64,000 bases of DNA from Candidatus Obscuribacteraceae bacterium (GTDB lineage: Bacteria; Cyanobacteriota; Vampirovibrionia; Obscuribacterales; Obscuribacteraceae). The notes beneath the pieces were generated by a model that was not told the DNA's origin, made no database searches, and saw nothing but the letters and a program-made list of their open reading frames with translations. The stretch spans positions 352,001 through 416,000 of the forward strand of contig JBGASG010000001.1 in the NCBI GenBank assembly GCA_044229845.1, read 5' to 3'. The position numbers were made by a program, and so were the translations under genes. Positions 37,797 to 48,558 of this stretch are shown here, piece after piece (positions within the stretch are counted from its first letter, which is position 1; each line of letters opens with the position of its first letter).

Positions 37797-38894
37797 TTAT
37801 TCCTTTTCTTTAGCACCGGCGCCAGCTGTTGTGTTGCCGGCTTTGTACTCGGACAGGTGCCGCCACCCCTGGTGCAAAATCAGTTGGTAGGCGTAAATCT
37901 GCTCCAACCAGCGACGCTCGGCTTCGGGCAGATCAGGTCGCTCGAGACGGCGTTTGAGGTTGGCGGTAATCGTGCGTGTTTCTTCGATGGCTTTGCGGTA
38001 GTTGCGCACCTGATGACGGGCGGGCTGTGCACTGATCGTCGAAGAACTCTGCGGGCGGACAACTTGAATCGGTTGTTCGCGCGGCTCACGTTCGACGCGC
38101 GGTTCGCGCCCGCCGCGTCCTGTGGGGGCAGCCGGCGCCGCCGGCGCATCTTCGGATGGCTGACCATCTCTTTGTGCCTGCTGCGATTTGTTCAACGCTT
38201 GCTGAGCGAGCGGGTGCTGGATGACGTTCTTATGCTTGTCACCGCCACGGCGGCGCTCTTTGCGCTTGGCGCGGTAGCACTCGAGGCAGTCGCGCAGGCG
38301 CGGATTCATGTGCTCGAACACTTTGCTGCAGGTCTGGCAAGTGAGCGAGTGCTTGGAGCGACCGTCGCCCTCGCCTTCCCCTTCCTTCGGTTCGCCCTCG
38401 CCTGCTTCGACTTCAGCTTCCGGCTCGGCGGTTTCGGTCTCGGTCTCGGCGGGAGCGGCCGGGGCTTGTTCTTCTTCCTCCGGCTCTTCGTCCTTGGCGC
38501 GCCGTCCGCGAGCAGCGGTGGCGCGTTTCTTCGCCGGTGGCTCTTTGGTCTCTTTGACTTCGACCTTCTCCGGCTCTGCCTTCTCGGCGGCGGCTGTTTT
38601 GGTCGACTTCTTGCTGTCGGTTTTCTTCTCGGCTTTGCTGGCTTTGGAGGCGGCTTTGCGATGAGTTTCCAGCTCTTCCAACACTTTCGGGTTGGTCATG
38701 CCGTCTTCTTTGAGCTGTCGAATCAGGTGCAGCTCTTCCATGGCTTCCGGAGGCAGCACTTTAATGCCGTTTTCGTCGGCGGTGGTCGGAATGTCGAATT
38801 CGGCAATGTACCGCCGAATGGTCACTGACGTGACATTGAGATCTTTGGCGGCTTGGGCGATCTTGGTTCCCTCGCCTTTGTTTTTTGGAGGCAT
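37797..38894 (-). CDS. MerR-like HTH protein with a charged linker and a CxxC-CxxC zinc ribbon
   Basis: IAQAAKDLNVTSVTIRRY, CQTC..CLEC; start at ATG 38894 preferred. Confidence 0.75.
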   Translation of the reverse strand: MPPKNKGEGTKIAQAAKDLNVTSVTIRRYIAEFDIPTTADENGIKVLPPEAMEELHLIRQLKEDGMTNPKVLEELETHRKAASKASKAEKKTDSKKSTKTAAAEKAEPEKVEVKETKEPPAKKRATAARGRRAKDEEPEEEEQAPAAPAETETETAEPEAEVEAGEGEPKEGEGEGDGRSKHSLTCQTCSKVFEHMNPRLRDCLECYRAKRKERRRGGDKHKNVIQHPLAQQALNKSQQAQRDGQPSEDAPAAPAAPTGRGGREPRVEREPREQPIQVVRPQSSSTISAQPARHQVRNYRKAIEETRTITANLKRRLERPDLPEAERRWLEQIYAYQLILHQGWRHLSEYKAGNTTAGAGAKEKE

Positions 38895-39069
38895 CAATAT
38901 TCTCTCTAAATGACGTGTTTGATAGTCCTGCAAGGTCCAGCGGACCCTTGCTCTGCGCTTTTTCGGGTGAACACCCAGCGACTCGGAACCCGCAATCGGT
39001 GACACGCGGTTCTTAATGTAAAAGGTAACCGATTCAGTATATGGAGCGCTGGCAATGGCACATTAAATC

Positions 39070-40104
39070 TTATTGAGAGATGCCAATGTCAGCTGGAGCC
39101 GTCACCGACGGCGTGTTTGAGAGGTTGAGCTGGGCGGCGGTATAGGCGTCGCGTAAATGTTTGCGACTGACGTGCGTGTAGAGCTGAGTGGTCACGACGC
39201 TCGAATGACCCAGCAACTCCTGAACAGAACGCACATCCGCTCCGTTCTCCAGAAGGTGCGTGGCGTAACTGTGCCTGAGCGTATGCGGGGAAAGCGGTTT
39301 GCGCACGCCGGCTTTCAGCGCCAGTCGCTTGACTATCTGCCAGACGACCAACCGGCTCAATCGTTTGCCTTGCTTGTCTTTGAAAATCGGCTGCGGCGTC
39401 AACGTCGGGCGCGCGCGTCCGCTGGACGGCTTGACTGCGGCACCGGCCGTTGCACCAGATGCGGTGCCGGACAATTCGGGCAAGAAACTGCATAAAGCTT
39501 CGATCGCCTTGGTGCCGATTGGAACTATGCGCTCTTTCGATCCCTTGCCGAAAACGCGCAGCGATCCTTCGCGCAAGCTCAAGTCTTTGACTTCCAGGCG
39601 AGTCAATTCCGAAACGCGCAGTCCGCCGCCGTAGAGCAATTCAAGAATAGCGCGGTCACGGGCACTTTCGGCGGCAGCGATGATTGCTTCAACTTCAGAG
39701 AGAGTCAAAACTTTCGGCAGCATCTTCTCGCGTTTGGGATTTGCCAGATCGAGAGTCGGATCGATGGCGATGTAATCGCGCAGTTTCAGCCAGGAAAACC
39801 AGCCGCGCAAAGTAGCCAGGTTGCGAGCCAGAGTTGAAGCTTTGGTGCCGGATGATTTGAGAACGCCCAGGTAGGCGGTCAGGTGCAGGCGGGTTACCGT
39901 CAAAAGTCCCTCAGGCAGCCACTTGAGAAACGCCTTCAAATCACGCCTGTAAGCGGCGATGGAATTATTTGATAGCCCGCGTTCCAGTGTCAGATATTTG
40001 ATGTACTCGTCCGCCCAGCGTCTCAACGAGGCATCAAATGCGGTGCGCTCGCCGGCCCTCGACCGGCGACTGTTGACATTACCCCTGGTGGCACTCTTTG
40101 ACAT
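39070..40104 (-). CDS. xerD: tyrosine recombinase XerD
   Basis: ERGLSNNS..AYRRDL, GLRVSEL, GKGSKER, SPHTLRHSYATHLL and LLGH..TTQLYTHV. Confidence 0.88.
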   Translation of the reverse strand: MSKSATRGNVNSRRSRAGERTAFDASLRRWADEYIKYLTLERGLSNNSIAAYRRDLKAFLKWLPEGLLTVTRLHLTAYLGVLKSSGTKASTLARNLATLRGWFSWLKLRDYIAIDPTLDLANPKREKMLPKVLTLSEVEAIIAAAESARDRAILELLYGGGLRVSELTRLEVKDLSLREGSLRVFGKGSKERIVPIGTKAIEALCSFLPELSGTASGATAGAAVKPSSGRARPTLTPQPIFKDKQGKRLSRLVVWQIVKRLALKAGVRKPLSPHTLRHSYATHLLENGADVRSVQELLGHSSVVTTQLYTHVSRKHLRDAYTAAQLNLSNTPSVTAPADIGISQ

Positions 40105-40172
40105 GCCACCATAATATGTCTATTGTATGAGCAAATCAATATGTACGGCTTTTTATCGGTCTTTCGCTCTGT

Positions 40173-41369
40173 TCAAGGCTTTTGAGGGAAGAGAAACCGG
40201 TAGGTCTTCTTGTTCATGTCGAAAGTCACGACTCCGTGGTGGCGCACCGGCACCACCGCCATGCCGGATTTGATCACCACATCGGCGGGGCTGACTGCTT
40301 CCGGCCAGTCTGTAGTCAGTTGCTCCCACTTCTCGCCTTTGAAACGCAGCAAGCCGTAAGGAATTGATGAAACCACCGGAGCGCCGGTGCTGTCGAAGTC
40401 CAATCCGGTGAACGTGGATGGCAGCAAGTCCCAATTCTCACGCTTGCTGAATGAGGATTCTTGGCGAGACAAGTCGTTGATGGCCGCCGGCAAAAGGGAG
40501 GGATCGGACAGCACCTTTTCGGCTTTGACTTTTGGAAAGTGTATGCCCTGCGCTCTGCAGTGGCACTGTAGCTTATGACCGTCATAGCTGTAGAGAGCAG
40601 CAGATCTAAAGCCCATGTGCGCGCCGCCGACAACAAACCAGAGTTTGCCGTCCGGACCGAACTTGAGGTCTGAGACAGGTTGCATGGCGTCTTGCAAGAC
40701 CTGGGTAGTTGCACCGGTGGCGGTATCAACATTGTTGACACCGCCGCCCCATTCACCGGCGGAGATGCCGTAATACAGCCGACCATCGCGCATCACCGCT
40801 CGCGACATGTCCCAGCGGTAGCAAAGCTTTTCTTTCTTGGCGCCGGCGGCGGGCAGAGTTCTCCACTTGCCGTTTTCATTGATGAATGTATCGTTCGCCG
40901 CGATCACCACCACAGTGCCGGCGTCGCCGGTCAGCAAGTGCTCTTCCGGCTTGGCTTGTAACGCCTTTTGCAACTCGTCCGGCAGCGGGTGTTTGCGCCA
41001 CTTTCCATTTGCACAGACGAAAGCGGCCAGTTTTTTGTCGGCTGTCGCGGCCAGGGCGTACTTATTTCCTTTGCCATCATCAGCGGTGCTGATAATGGCT
41101 TGCGCTCCATCAACAGAGACAGTCTGCAGTTGATTGCTTTTCAGATCAAGAAGTAGAGGCAGAGTGCAGTTGACTACTGCCGACTCGCCGAAGCTGGAGG
41201 CGGAGCGGACCGGCGAAGGCTCCACTGGTTCCATCGCGCCCCGGACCAGCTTATATTGCACGACCAGGCGCGCCCAGTCTCCATTGGAGTCGGCGGTAGC
41301 TCCCGATTGACTCACAGCTATCACCGCAGTGGTGATGGCAGCAATTAACAACGCGCGCGCCGACATCAT
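40173..41369 (-). CDS. exported beta-propeller-like hypothetical protein
   Basis: Signal peptide; AGEWGGG and FGPDGKLWF. Confidence 0.7.
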   Translation of the reverse strand: MMSARALLIAAITTAVIAVSQSGATADSNGDWARLVVQYKLVRGAMEPVEPSPVRSASSFGESAVVNCTLPLLLDLKSNQLQTVSVDGAQAIISTADDGKGNKYALAATADKKLAAFVCANGKWRKHPLPDELQKALQAKPEEHLLTGDAGTVVVIAANDTFINENGKWRTLPAAGAKKEKLCYRWDMSRAVMRDGRLYYGISAGEWGGGVNNVDTATGATTQVLQDAMQPVSDLKFGPDGKLWFVVGGAHMGFRSAALYSYDGHKLQCHCRAQGIHFPKVKAEKVLSDPSLLPAAINDLSRQESSFSKRENWDLLPSTFTGLDFDSTGAPVVSSIPYGLLRFKGEKWEQLTTDWPEAVSPADVVIKSGMAVVPVRHHGVVTFDMNKKTYRFLFPQKP

Positions 41370-41370
41370 G

Positions 41371-44300
41371 CTAGATGCCGGGAATCGGGTGGGCTGAGGC
41401 GTGCGGTTTGTTCGGCAGCCACTTGAATGACTTCTCTATTGAATGCGAAATGGTGTTGGCCGAATTGACCGGACCGCGCGCGACAAACGTGAAGGCGCGC
41501 GGGTTGTCGGAGGCGATGTCTCCCAGCAAGGGGATGGACGGCAGGCTTTGCAGCTTACGGAAGGTAATCACCCCGAAGGCTTTTTGCATTGTGAAGTTCT
41601 TGGAGACGCTGCCTACCGGACCAGGAATCAAGCTGGTGGCAACTCGCGGAATGTTTCCGGCCACTTCCACCGATACGGTGCGCAACGGGATGTTCCATGT
41701 GCCGGCGGCGCGCAGACGCATATCGTTGCCTTCGAAATAAAGCTTGTCCACGTCGACCAGTCCGTTGGCGATCGAGAAGTTTCCTTCGATGGACTTGAAG
41801 CGTCCTGTTTTCACCGGTACAACCGACTGCAGGAGGTTGTTCAGGTTAAAGCCGAACAGTCCCTGGTGCAGGAAATTGGCTTGCGTGAGCTTCTCCTGCA
41901 GCTTGCCGAACTTGTGCACCTGTCCGCTGAATATATGGATCTTGCCGTGACCATCCAGGTTTTCAGTGTAGTGGGACAGAGAAGGTCCCTGGCTGTCGAG
42001 CGTAATGCGGGCGTCTGCCAGTCCGCTGATCTCGCCGGAGTGTTCCATGAGATCAGAGAAGAACTGATCGACCTGGAGGTCGTCGAGCGAGATCTCCGTA
42101 TGACACTTGGTCGACTCGGGTTCGAACCAGCCTTCGAATTTGACCTTGCCGCCGGACACGCTGGCGAGACCGTCTTTGACCACCAGTTTGGGATTGGCAC
42201 CGTCCTGCAACACGATTTTGGCGTGCGCATCATGCGCTTTGATGCCGCCGTAAACTCCTGATTGCAGGCTGATTGTCGCCTCTGAACGCTGCTTATTGCG
42301 CTTGAGACTTTCCGGGCGGAATACCGACCAGCGCGGTGTGTCGATGCGACCGGTGATGTTTTCCATCTTCATCTCGGGAATCGACAGATTGTTGACCGAG
42401 ATGTCGCCGTGCGAGAGCAGGTGTCCCGGAGTGCCTGCAAGGGCCAGGGTGCCGCGGGCTGTTCCACGAATACCGTCGGTTTTGATGGTCGGATCGATGA
42501 CTGCGACCAGGGTGCTTGCCGGCACCGGATTTGGAGTGGTGAGAATCAGGTCAAAGGTCGGGGCCTTTTGTTTGTCGGCGGTCCATTCATATTTGCCGTT
42601 GCCCTGCAATATCGATTGCCCGCTGATCACGTGGCAGTTGTTCAGTTTGACGCAACCGGCATTTGGCTGTCCGTTGAAAGCCATTGATCCATCAATGACC
42701 AGCGGTGATTTGGCCGGCTGGAAGAGCGTGCCCATCTTAGTTTTGACGCGCAACCCGGTGGTTTCATCCCCGCGGCAGCTGAAGATGGCGGTGAAGGCAT
42801 CCATCGCTCCGGCGGCGTGCGCGCGCATGGTCAGCGGTGCGGTGGCGGTCACCTCGATCTTTTGATTCTTGTACATGGCACCGAGTGCCGACTGAATATC
42901 TTGTGGTTGCAGTTGTCCGCGCACTTCCACGACCCAGCGGGCTGTGCGCTTTTGGTAGTCGGTCATGTTGCCGTTGACGGAGACGCTGGTTTGCCCGATC
43001 ACACCTTGAATATCCTGCAAGAGCAGTTCGTTCTTAGAGGCTGCCACCACTCCTGCTGCTTGCTTGAAGGGCACATCACAGATGGTGCCGCCGGCGTTAT
43101 AAAACCCGAACACGCCTTCCAACTCCGGCTCATTTCCTGCCATGCTCATGTACAAGTCGCCGTAAAGGTGTCCGTGTACCGAAGCCAGTCCGTTGCGGGT
43201 GAGAAACTCGTTGTAGGGCTGGCTGATGTCGCGCGGCGCATAAGCCGACGACAAATATGTGTGCACCTGGTGAAAATCGACACCATTGCTCTTAATTTTG
43301 ATCCAGTCTGTATGCGGCTTGCCGCTGAAATCCGAGACCTGGCAGCTGACGGTGAACTTGCCGGATGGGCTGACAATTCCCAGGTCGGTGAGAGCCAGCT
43401 GGTCGTTCAGGAAACGCACATTGCCGGAGTTGAATTTCAGTGTTTTAGCCACTTCCGGAGGCAGAGCGTTGCCGTGATAAGTCATGTTCTCGGGTGAGAT
43501 AGACAAATTGATCACCGGCTGTTTGGCAGTGCCGTGCACCGACAGGTAAAACTCTCTGGCCTGTCCGCGAAACTCCGCCAGTGTTTGCGGATACTTCAGT
43601 TGCAGCGCTTTGAACAACGTCAAAACATTGTCCATGTCAACGTGCTGACCGGTCATAGTAAAGTCGCAGGGACCGACCTGACCGAGGCGCCCGCGCAGAT
43701 TGATATTGCCGGCTTGGTCCTCGTTGTGCGGTGCTTTCAGCAGTCCGTGGATATCGTTGAAGACGATGCTGGAGCCGTCGTATTCCAGACCGCCGGACAA
43801 GCCGGTGGCGATCGGTTTTTCCAGAGTAGAGCTGATGCGGGCATCGATTAATCGCGAGTGCAACTTGATTTGCCTGGCTTTTTGTTTAATCGCCAGCTCA
43901 CCGCGCAAGTCCAGGCGCCCCGACAATGCCAGCGGCTGCTCGCCTTTGCCGTCGTGCAACAGTTTGCGCGTGTACTCTTCAGTGAGGGTGAGGTTGTCGC
44001 CCTGGAATGAGAACTGCGACTCTTTGCCGGCAGCATCGATGAAGCCGCTGGCTTTGATGGCGCTGCCGGAGACTGGTATTTCCACCTTCTTCAACGAGAT
44101 GCGGTTGTCGGATCCGATCTCGATATCACCGCGAATATCGGCTGTGGGATTGATGCTCAGTACGGCTCCCAGCGGGGAGGATGGGTCGGCGCCGACCATC
44201 TTTCTCAGCGGCACACGCTCGGCTTTGACCGTGGTGACGATGTGCTGCTCCTGATTGTCGCCCGATACCTTCAGCGCCACCAGTGCCGAGCTGTCAGCCG

Positions 44301-45540
44301 GAGATTTGGCGAATGGCGGTGCGACATTGTTGGTGTACGGCTGACCCACCGCCGCGTGCGGAATCGGCGCGATCACAACATTGGCGTTGTGCAAAAGCCG
44401 AGCCATGGCGGTGCTTCCGAATGCTTCGATGTTTGCCAGTCGCGCATTGACGTCCGCGGCATAACGCGGATTTTTCGCTTGCCAATCGCTGATTTCGCCG
44501 CTGGATTCTATGCGCACCTCACGGCTGGCGACTGAGGTGTTGTCCCAGTGCAATTTATCTTTCGAGAACGTGAGGCGGGCCGTGGCCATCATGGCGGGCA
44601 TCTCCACCGGTTGCGCCGGGGCGCTGCCGGACACCATTATGTTTTTCATGGTGCTGGTGATGACCGCTTTGATGCCCGAATCAAAGACACCGTCGGCGGT
44701 GACTTGTACATCGCAGTCGCCGCTGGCTTGCGCCATTGAAGGTACGAATGTTTTGACATCGAGCGGGTTGAGATGCGTGATGCGCAGATCGCATTTGTAT
44801 TTGTGGCTGCGCCAGTCTGGGAAGTGTCCGGCGCCGGTGACGTCGACCTTGACGGTCGTGAACTGGGTGGCGTCCGGCTGACGCTTGAACTTGAACGCCA
44901 GGTAAAAGGGCCATTGCTGCTTGCGCTTTGTGGAAATCAGCTTGACGTCTACGTTTTGCAGGTCATAGTTTTGCCAGTCGTCTAATTTGATATCCAGGCC
45001 GGTGGCCAGCTTCATCGGCTCGCCCTGGTAGACGGCCGCGGGCAAACGTTTCAAGTGCAGCTGTGCGTCATCGAGTTGCAGGTATTTCACTTCCGGTCCG
45101 TCCACGAACAGATCGGTGATGTTCCAGCGGGTGGGAGTCTGCCAGGTCGCCCAGATTTCCGGATGTTGAAACTTGAGATGATTGATGATCAGCACGCCGC
45201 GAAAGAGCGGTGTGAACGCAATGCCGATCTCGCTGGGACCAGATTTGATGCAGGGGCCGCCGTCTGTGTCCTTCACAATGAAGCGGTCGGTATTAACTGA
45301 GATGCCGTTAAAACCCAAAGTCCAGGACAGCCTGCCCAGCCGCACCTGGCGGTGGAAAGCCGAACTCAGCTGCCCCTCGATCTGCGGGCGAGCCCACTCG
45401 ATATTCATCAGTAATGCAACGCCGAAAATCAGCACCAGCGAGGCAACCCAGCCGGTGATGAAGCGCACTGCGATCCAGGTGTAACGCGCCTTCTTGAGCA
45501 GCGCAGCGCCAGTGCCAGATTTCGGATTTAGTTCAATCAC
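41371..45540 (-). CDS. AsmA-like family protein
   Basis: 1389 aa; N-terminal TM, beta-rich body, AsmA-like C-terminus (FKSIEGNFSIANG..G). Confidence 0.85.
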   Translation of the reverse strand: MIELNPKSGTGAALLKKARYTWIAVRFITGWVASLVLIFGVALLMNIEWARPQIEGQLSSAFHRQVRLGRLSWTLGFNGISVNTDRFIVKDTDGGPCIKSGPSEIGIAFTPLFRGVLIINHLKFQHPEIWATWQTPTRWNITDLFVDGPEVKYLQLDDAQLHLKRLPAAVYQGEPMKLATGLDIKLDDWQNYDLQNVDVKLISTKRKQQWPFYLAFKFKRQPDATQFTTVKVDVTGAGHFPDWRSHKYKCDLRITHLNPLDVKTFVPSMAQASGDCDVQVTADGVFDSGIKAVITSTMKNIMVSGSAPAQPVEMPAMMATARLTFSKDKLHWDNTSVASREVRIESSGEISDWQAKNPRYAADVNARLANIEAFGSTAMARLLHNANVVIAPIPHAAVGQPYTNNVAPPFAKSPADSSALVALKVSGDNQEQHIVTTVKAERVPLRKMVGADPSSPLGAVLSINPTADIRGDIEIGSDNRISLKKVEIPVSGSAIKASGFIDAAGKESQFSFQGDNLTLTEEYTRKLLHDGKGEQPLALSGRLDLRGELAIKQKARQIKLHSRLIDARISSTLEKPIATGLSGGLEYDGSSIVFNDIHGLLKAPHNEDQAGNINLRGRLGQVGPCDFTMTGQHVDMDNVLTLFKALQLKYPQTLAEFRGQAREFYLSVHGTAKQPVINLSISPENMTYHGNALPPEVAKTLKFNSGNVRFLNDQLALTDLGIVSPSGKFTVSCQVSDFSGKPHTDWIKIKSNGVDFHQVHTYLSSAYAPRDISQPYNEFLTRNGLASVHGHLYGDLYMSMAGNEPELEGVFGFYNAGGTICDVPFKQAAGVVAASKNELLLQDIQGVIGQTSVSVNGNMTDYQKRTARWVVEVRGQLQPQDIQSALGAMYKNQKIEVTATAPLTMRAHAAGAMDAFTAIFSCRGDETTGLRVKTKMGTLFQPAKSPLVIDGSMAFNGQPNAGCVKLNNCHVISGQSILQGNGKYEWTADKQKAPTFDLILTTPNPVPASTLVAVIDPTIKTDGIRGTARGTLALAGTPGHLLSHGDISVNNLSIPEMKMENITGRIDTPRWSVFRPESLKRNKQRSEATISLQSGVYGGIKAHDAHAKIVLQDGANPKLVVKDGLASVSGGKVKFEGWFEPESTKCHTEISLDDLQVDQFFSDLMEHSGEISGLADARITLDSQGPSLSHYTENLDGHGKIHIFSGQVHKFGKLQEKLTQANFLHQGLFGFNLNNLLQSVVPVKTGRFKSIEGNFSIANGLVDVDKLYFEGNDMRLRAAGTWNIPLRTVSVEVAGNIPRVATSLIPGPVGSVSKNFTMQKAFGVITFRKLQSLPSIPLLGDIASDNPRAFTFVARGPVNSANTISHSIEKSFKWLPNKPHASAHPIPGI

Positions 45541-45822
45541 GTAGTAACCAATGTAGGGGGTGACAAGCGGACTCGAGCGGCTTTCGCCCTACTAGCTCAT
45601 CTGACTTCTGAAATTGACGACTGTTCCCGAAACGGCGGGAATTGACCGCAGATACCGGCCAAAACAGCGCAGCAATCTTTCACCCCGTGGCAAAAGGTCT
45701 ATTTGAGGGTATCACATGGGTGTCATGACGCCAAGAGGACCAGATTTAGTAATAGAAGAGATATAATCGGCAAACGCTTGGTGGGGCGGGAGTCGCAGCG
45801 TCTGCGAACGGCTATAACCTTA

Positions 45823-46086
45823 ATGACTAATAGTGATTCACTTAGAAGCAGAAACTACGAGCGAGAAGAGCTTGACAATCTTTGCTGGCCGGTTTTTGAA
45901 CGGCTTTTGTCCGAGCTGGGACCGCGTTACGAAAACTGGATTGTTGTCATTGAACCGGACACGGGAGAATACTTTCTCGGTCTCGACGATTACGAAGTGT
46001 TGAACCGCGCCCGCAAGAAATTTCCTCGTTCGCAGTTCTTTGCGTACAGGCTGAATGAAAATCCTGCTGTGGATGTACTGAACTGA
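45823..46086 (+). CDS. small protein of the type found upstream of retropepsin-like proteases
   Basis: YENWIVVIEPDTGEYF..RARKKFP..YRLNE. Confidence 0.7.
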   Translation: MTNSDSLRSRNYEREELDNLCWPVFERLLSELGPRYENWIVVIEPDTGEYFLGLDDYEVLNRARKKFPRSQFFAYRLNENPAVDVLN

Positions 46087-46115
46087 AAACGGAAGCTGAA
46101 CTGAAAGAAGAAACT

Positions 46116-46508
46116 GTGGCTGCGGACGAACGGCAACTAATTGACGAAGGACTGATTCACGGTCGGATTGACGAGCAGGGTCAGGTCTTGCTGCCCGTGA
46201 TCGTCATCGCCGCCGACGGCCTGGAATTGGAAGTGGAAGCCGCGGTTTCACTCAGCTTTCTGGGTGCCATGGCCGTCAGCGAAGATCTGGTCCGCCGCCT
46301 CGGCTGGCGTCGGTTGGGCACACGCCGGGTGATTTACGGATTTGAAACCGTCCTTATGGATCACTTCCTGGGCACCGTGTCGCTGGGCGGTGAGCCGTAT
46401 CAAGCGGTGGTCTTGTCCGGTGTGCGTCGCACCATGATCGGGCAAAAGCTTTTAGCCGGGCGGCATCTGCATCTCAACTTTTCCACCAGCACGGTCGTGC
46501 TTGAGTAG
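46116..46508 (+). CDS. clan AA aspartic protease-like protein lacking the DTG motif
   Basis: IHGRID..VEAAVSLSFLG..LGW..IGQKLL..LNF pattern. Confidence 0.7.
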   Translation: MAADERQLIDEGLIHGRIDEQGQVLLPVIVIAADGLELEVEAAVSLSFLGAMAVSEDLVRRLGWRRLGTRRVIYGFETVLMDHFLGTVSLGGEPYQAVVLSGVRRTMIGQKLLAGRHLHLNFSTSTVVLE

Positions 46509-46563
46509 TCGCACAGCGGCGGGCTCGGTTTAATTAGACCACCTGGTGATAGAATCACCTTCT

Positions 46564-47892
46564 ATGGAAAAGCGCGTCGCTGTGATTGGCGGTGGACTGG
46601 CGGGCAGCGAAGCCGCCTGGCAGTTGGCGACCCTCGGCATACCGGTCGATCTCTATGAGATGCGACCGGTGATCAAGTCACCCGCGCACCACACATCGAA
46701 CCTTGCCGAACTGGTTTGCTCCAACAGCCTGGGTTCATTCGCACCACAAAATGCATCTGCTTTGCTCAAAGATGAGATGCGTGTCCTTGGTTCGAAGATC
46801 CTTGAGATAGCCTACCAGTGTCAGGTGCCAGCGGGAAACGCGCTGGCGGTCGATCGCGATGCATTTGCTCAGACCGTGACCGCAACCATTGAAAACCACC
46901 CGCTGATCAAGTTGCATCGCCAGGAAATGCCGCGCATCACCGGTGAAGGCATCACCATCATCGCCACCGGTCCTCTGACGTCTGAGGCTCTGGCTCAGTC
47001 GATACGCGAACTGACCGGCGCCGAAGCATTGCATTTCTTCGATGCGGCGTCGCCGATTCTCACCAAAGACTCTATCGATATGGATATTGTCTACGCCGCC
47101 AGTCGCTATGAACAGAGCGATGGTGCCTATCTGAATTGCCCGATGAACAAGGAGCAGTACCAGGCTTTCATGGAAGCGATACTGTCCGGCGAACGTGTGG
47201 AGTTGAAAGACTTCGAGAAGGACACCAAATATTTTGAAGGTTGTTTGCCGGTTGAAGTGATCGCTTCGCGTGGTTTCAATACATTGCGCTTCGGACCTAT
47301 GAAGCCTGTCGGGCTGCAGGATCCGCGCAACGGCAAACGCGCCTTTGCGGTTGTCCAATTGCGTCAAGACAATGCCGCGGCCAACTTGTACAACATGGTT
47401 GGCTTCCAAACGAATCTCAAGTGGCCTGAGCAAAAACGCATCTTCAAGTTGATACCGGGGCTGGAAAACGCAGAGTTCGTGCGGCTCGGCGTCATGCACC
47501 GCAATACTTATATGAACAGCCCGCTCGTCTTGCGCCGTACTTTACAAGCGAAGGCCAATCCAAATATTTTCTTCGCCGGACAACTGACTGGTGTCGAAGG
47601 TTACACGGAGTCGACCGCCGTCGGTCTGATTGCCGCTCGCAATGCCGCTCGAGTTCTGCAGGGAAAGGAGCCGGTCGAAGTTCCATCCAGCACCATGCTT
47701 GGTGCACTGATCAGATATATAACGACGGCCGATCCGAAACATTTTCAGCCGATCAATTCGAATTGGGGAATTATCGACACGCCACCAGATGTGATGCACG
47801 TCGAAAAAGAAGAACGGCGGCAGGAGATCGCGCGCCGGGCTCGCCGGATCATTGCACATGTGTTTGAAGCGGGCGCTGCGGTGCTCGCCTGA
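46564..47892 (+). CDS. trmFO: folate/FAD-dependent tRNA (uracil-54)-methyltransferase
   Basis: GGGLAGSEAA, AELVCSNS, FGPMKPVGL and GQLTGVEGY. Confidence 0.96.
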   Translation: MEKRVAVIGGGLAGSEAAWQLATLGIPVDLYEMRPVIKSPAHHTSNLAELVCSNSLGSFAPQNASALLKDEMRVLGSKILEIAYQCQVPAGNALAVDRDAFAQTVTATIENHPLIKLHRQEMPRITGEGITIIATGPLTSEALAQSIRELTGAEALHFFDAASPILTKDSIDMDIVYAASRYEQSDGAYLNCPMNKEQYQAFMEAILSGERVELKDFEKDTKYFEGCLPVEVIASRGFNTLRFGPMKPVGLQDPRNGKRAFAVVQLRQDNAAANLYNMVGFQTNLKWPEQKRIFKLIPGLENAEFVRLGVMHRNTYMNSPLVLRRTLQAKANPNIFFAGQLTGVEGYTESTAVGLIAARNAARVLQGKEPVEVPSSTMLGALIRYITTADPKHFQPINSNWGIIDTPPDVMHVEKEERRQEIARRARRIIAHVFEAGAAVLA

Positions 47893-48053
47893 AGCCGTTC
47901 TCCATGTTGTTGCCTGCAGTCCGCCGGCCGACTTTCGAATTAAATCGGTCGATTAAACAGACAGGAATGTAGAAAAAAGGTCCGATTGCGAATCAGTTGC
48001 ATTTGTTGCAATGACACTTTCTGCGAATCAATGTCACTTCTGCCGGGCTCGCA

Positions 48054-48344
48054 TCAGTCCAGCTTGCAAGTGCCCGTAAGCCGCACCGGTTGGCGACCGC
48101 GCTGGATGTATGCCTGATGCAGAGTCTTGTGGTTGCACTTGCTGATTGGTGTTATGTCTACGACGTACGGCAACACCTGCGGATTGAATTCCACCTTCTC
48201 AAAGGGGCGACCGTCGCCGTCGGTGAAGTATCCCCAGATTTCGTAGTAGTGGTCAGGTTCCATGTCCACGGTCGGTGCTTCGAACTGCCCGACGTGTTTT
48301 CCTGCAGGAGTGAACACTTTGACAATTGATTTTGCGTCAGCCAT
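48054..48344 (-). CDS. hypothetical protein
   Basis: GAGG upstream of ATG; natural composition. Confidence 0.7.
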   Translation of the reverse strand: MADAKSIVKVFTPAGKHVGQFEAPTVDMEPDHYYEIWGYFTDGDGRPFEKVEFNPQVLPYVVDITPISKCNHKTLHQAYIQRGRQPVRLTGTCKLD

Positions 48345-48558
48345 TTTTCGTGCGCCTCATCCCGACAGTTAGAGCTAGTTTTGCCTCGCTATTTTAATCA
48401 TTCGTGCACGGTTGAAAACCTTTGCCCGGGGCATTTTTTGTGTTAAGAAATACATGATTTCAATAAGGTGCCAAATCGCCTATCGAGCGGTACCATGGTT
48501 TAGTAGTAACGAGCCTGTACAAAGTTTTCAAATACCAATTCTTCCAAAGGAGTCGTCC

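Noticed and set aside
39070..40104. Integrase of a mobile element
   Set aside because: The motifs fit housekeeping XerD; no att repeats or mobile cargo are seen.
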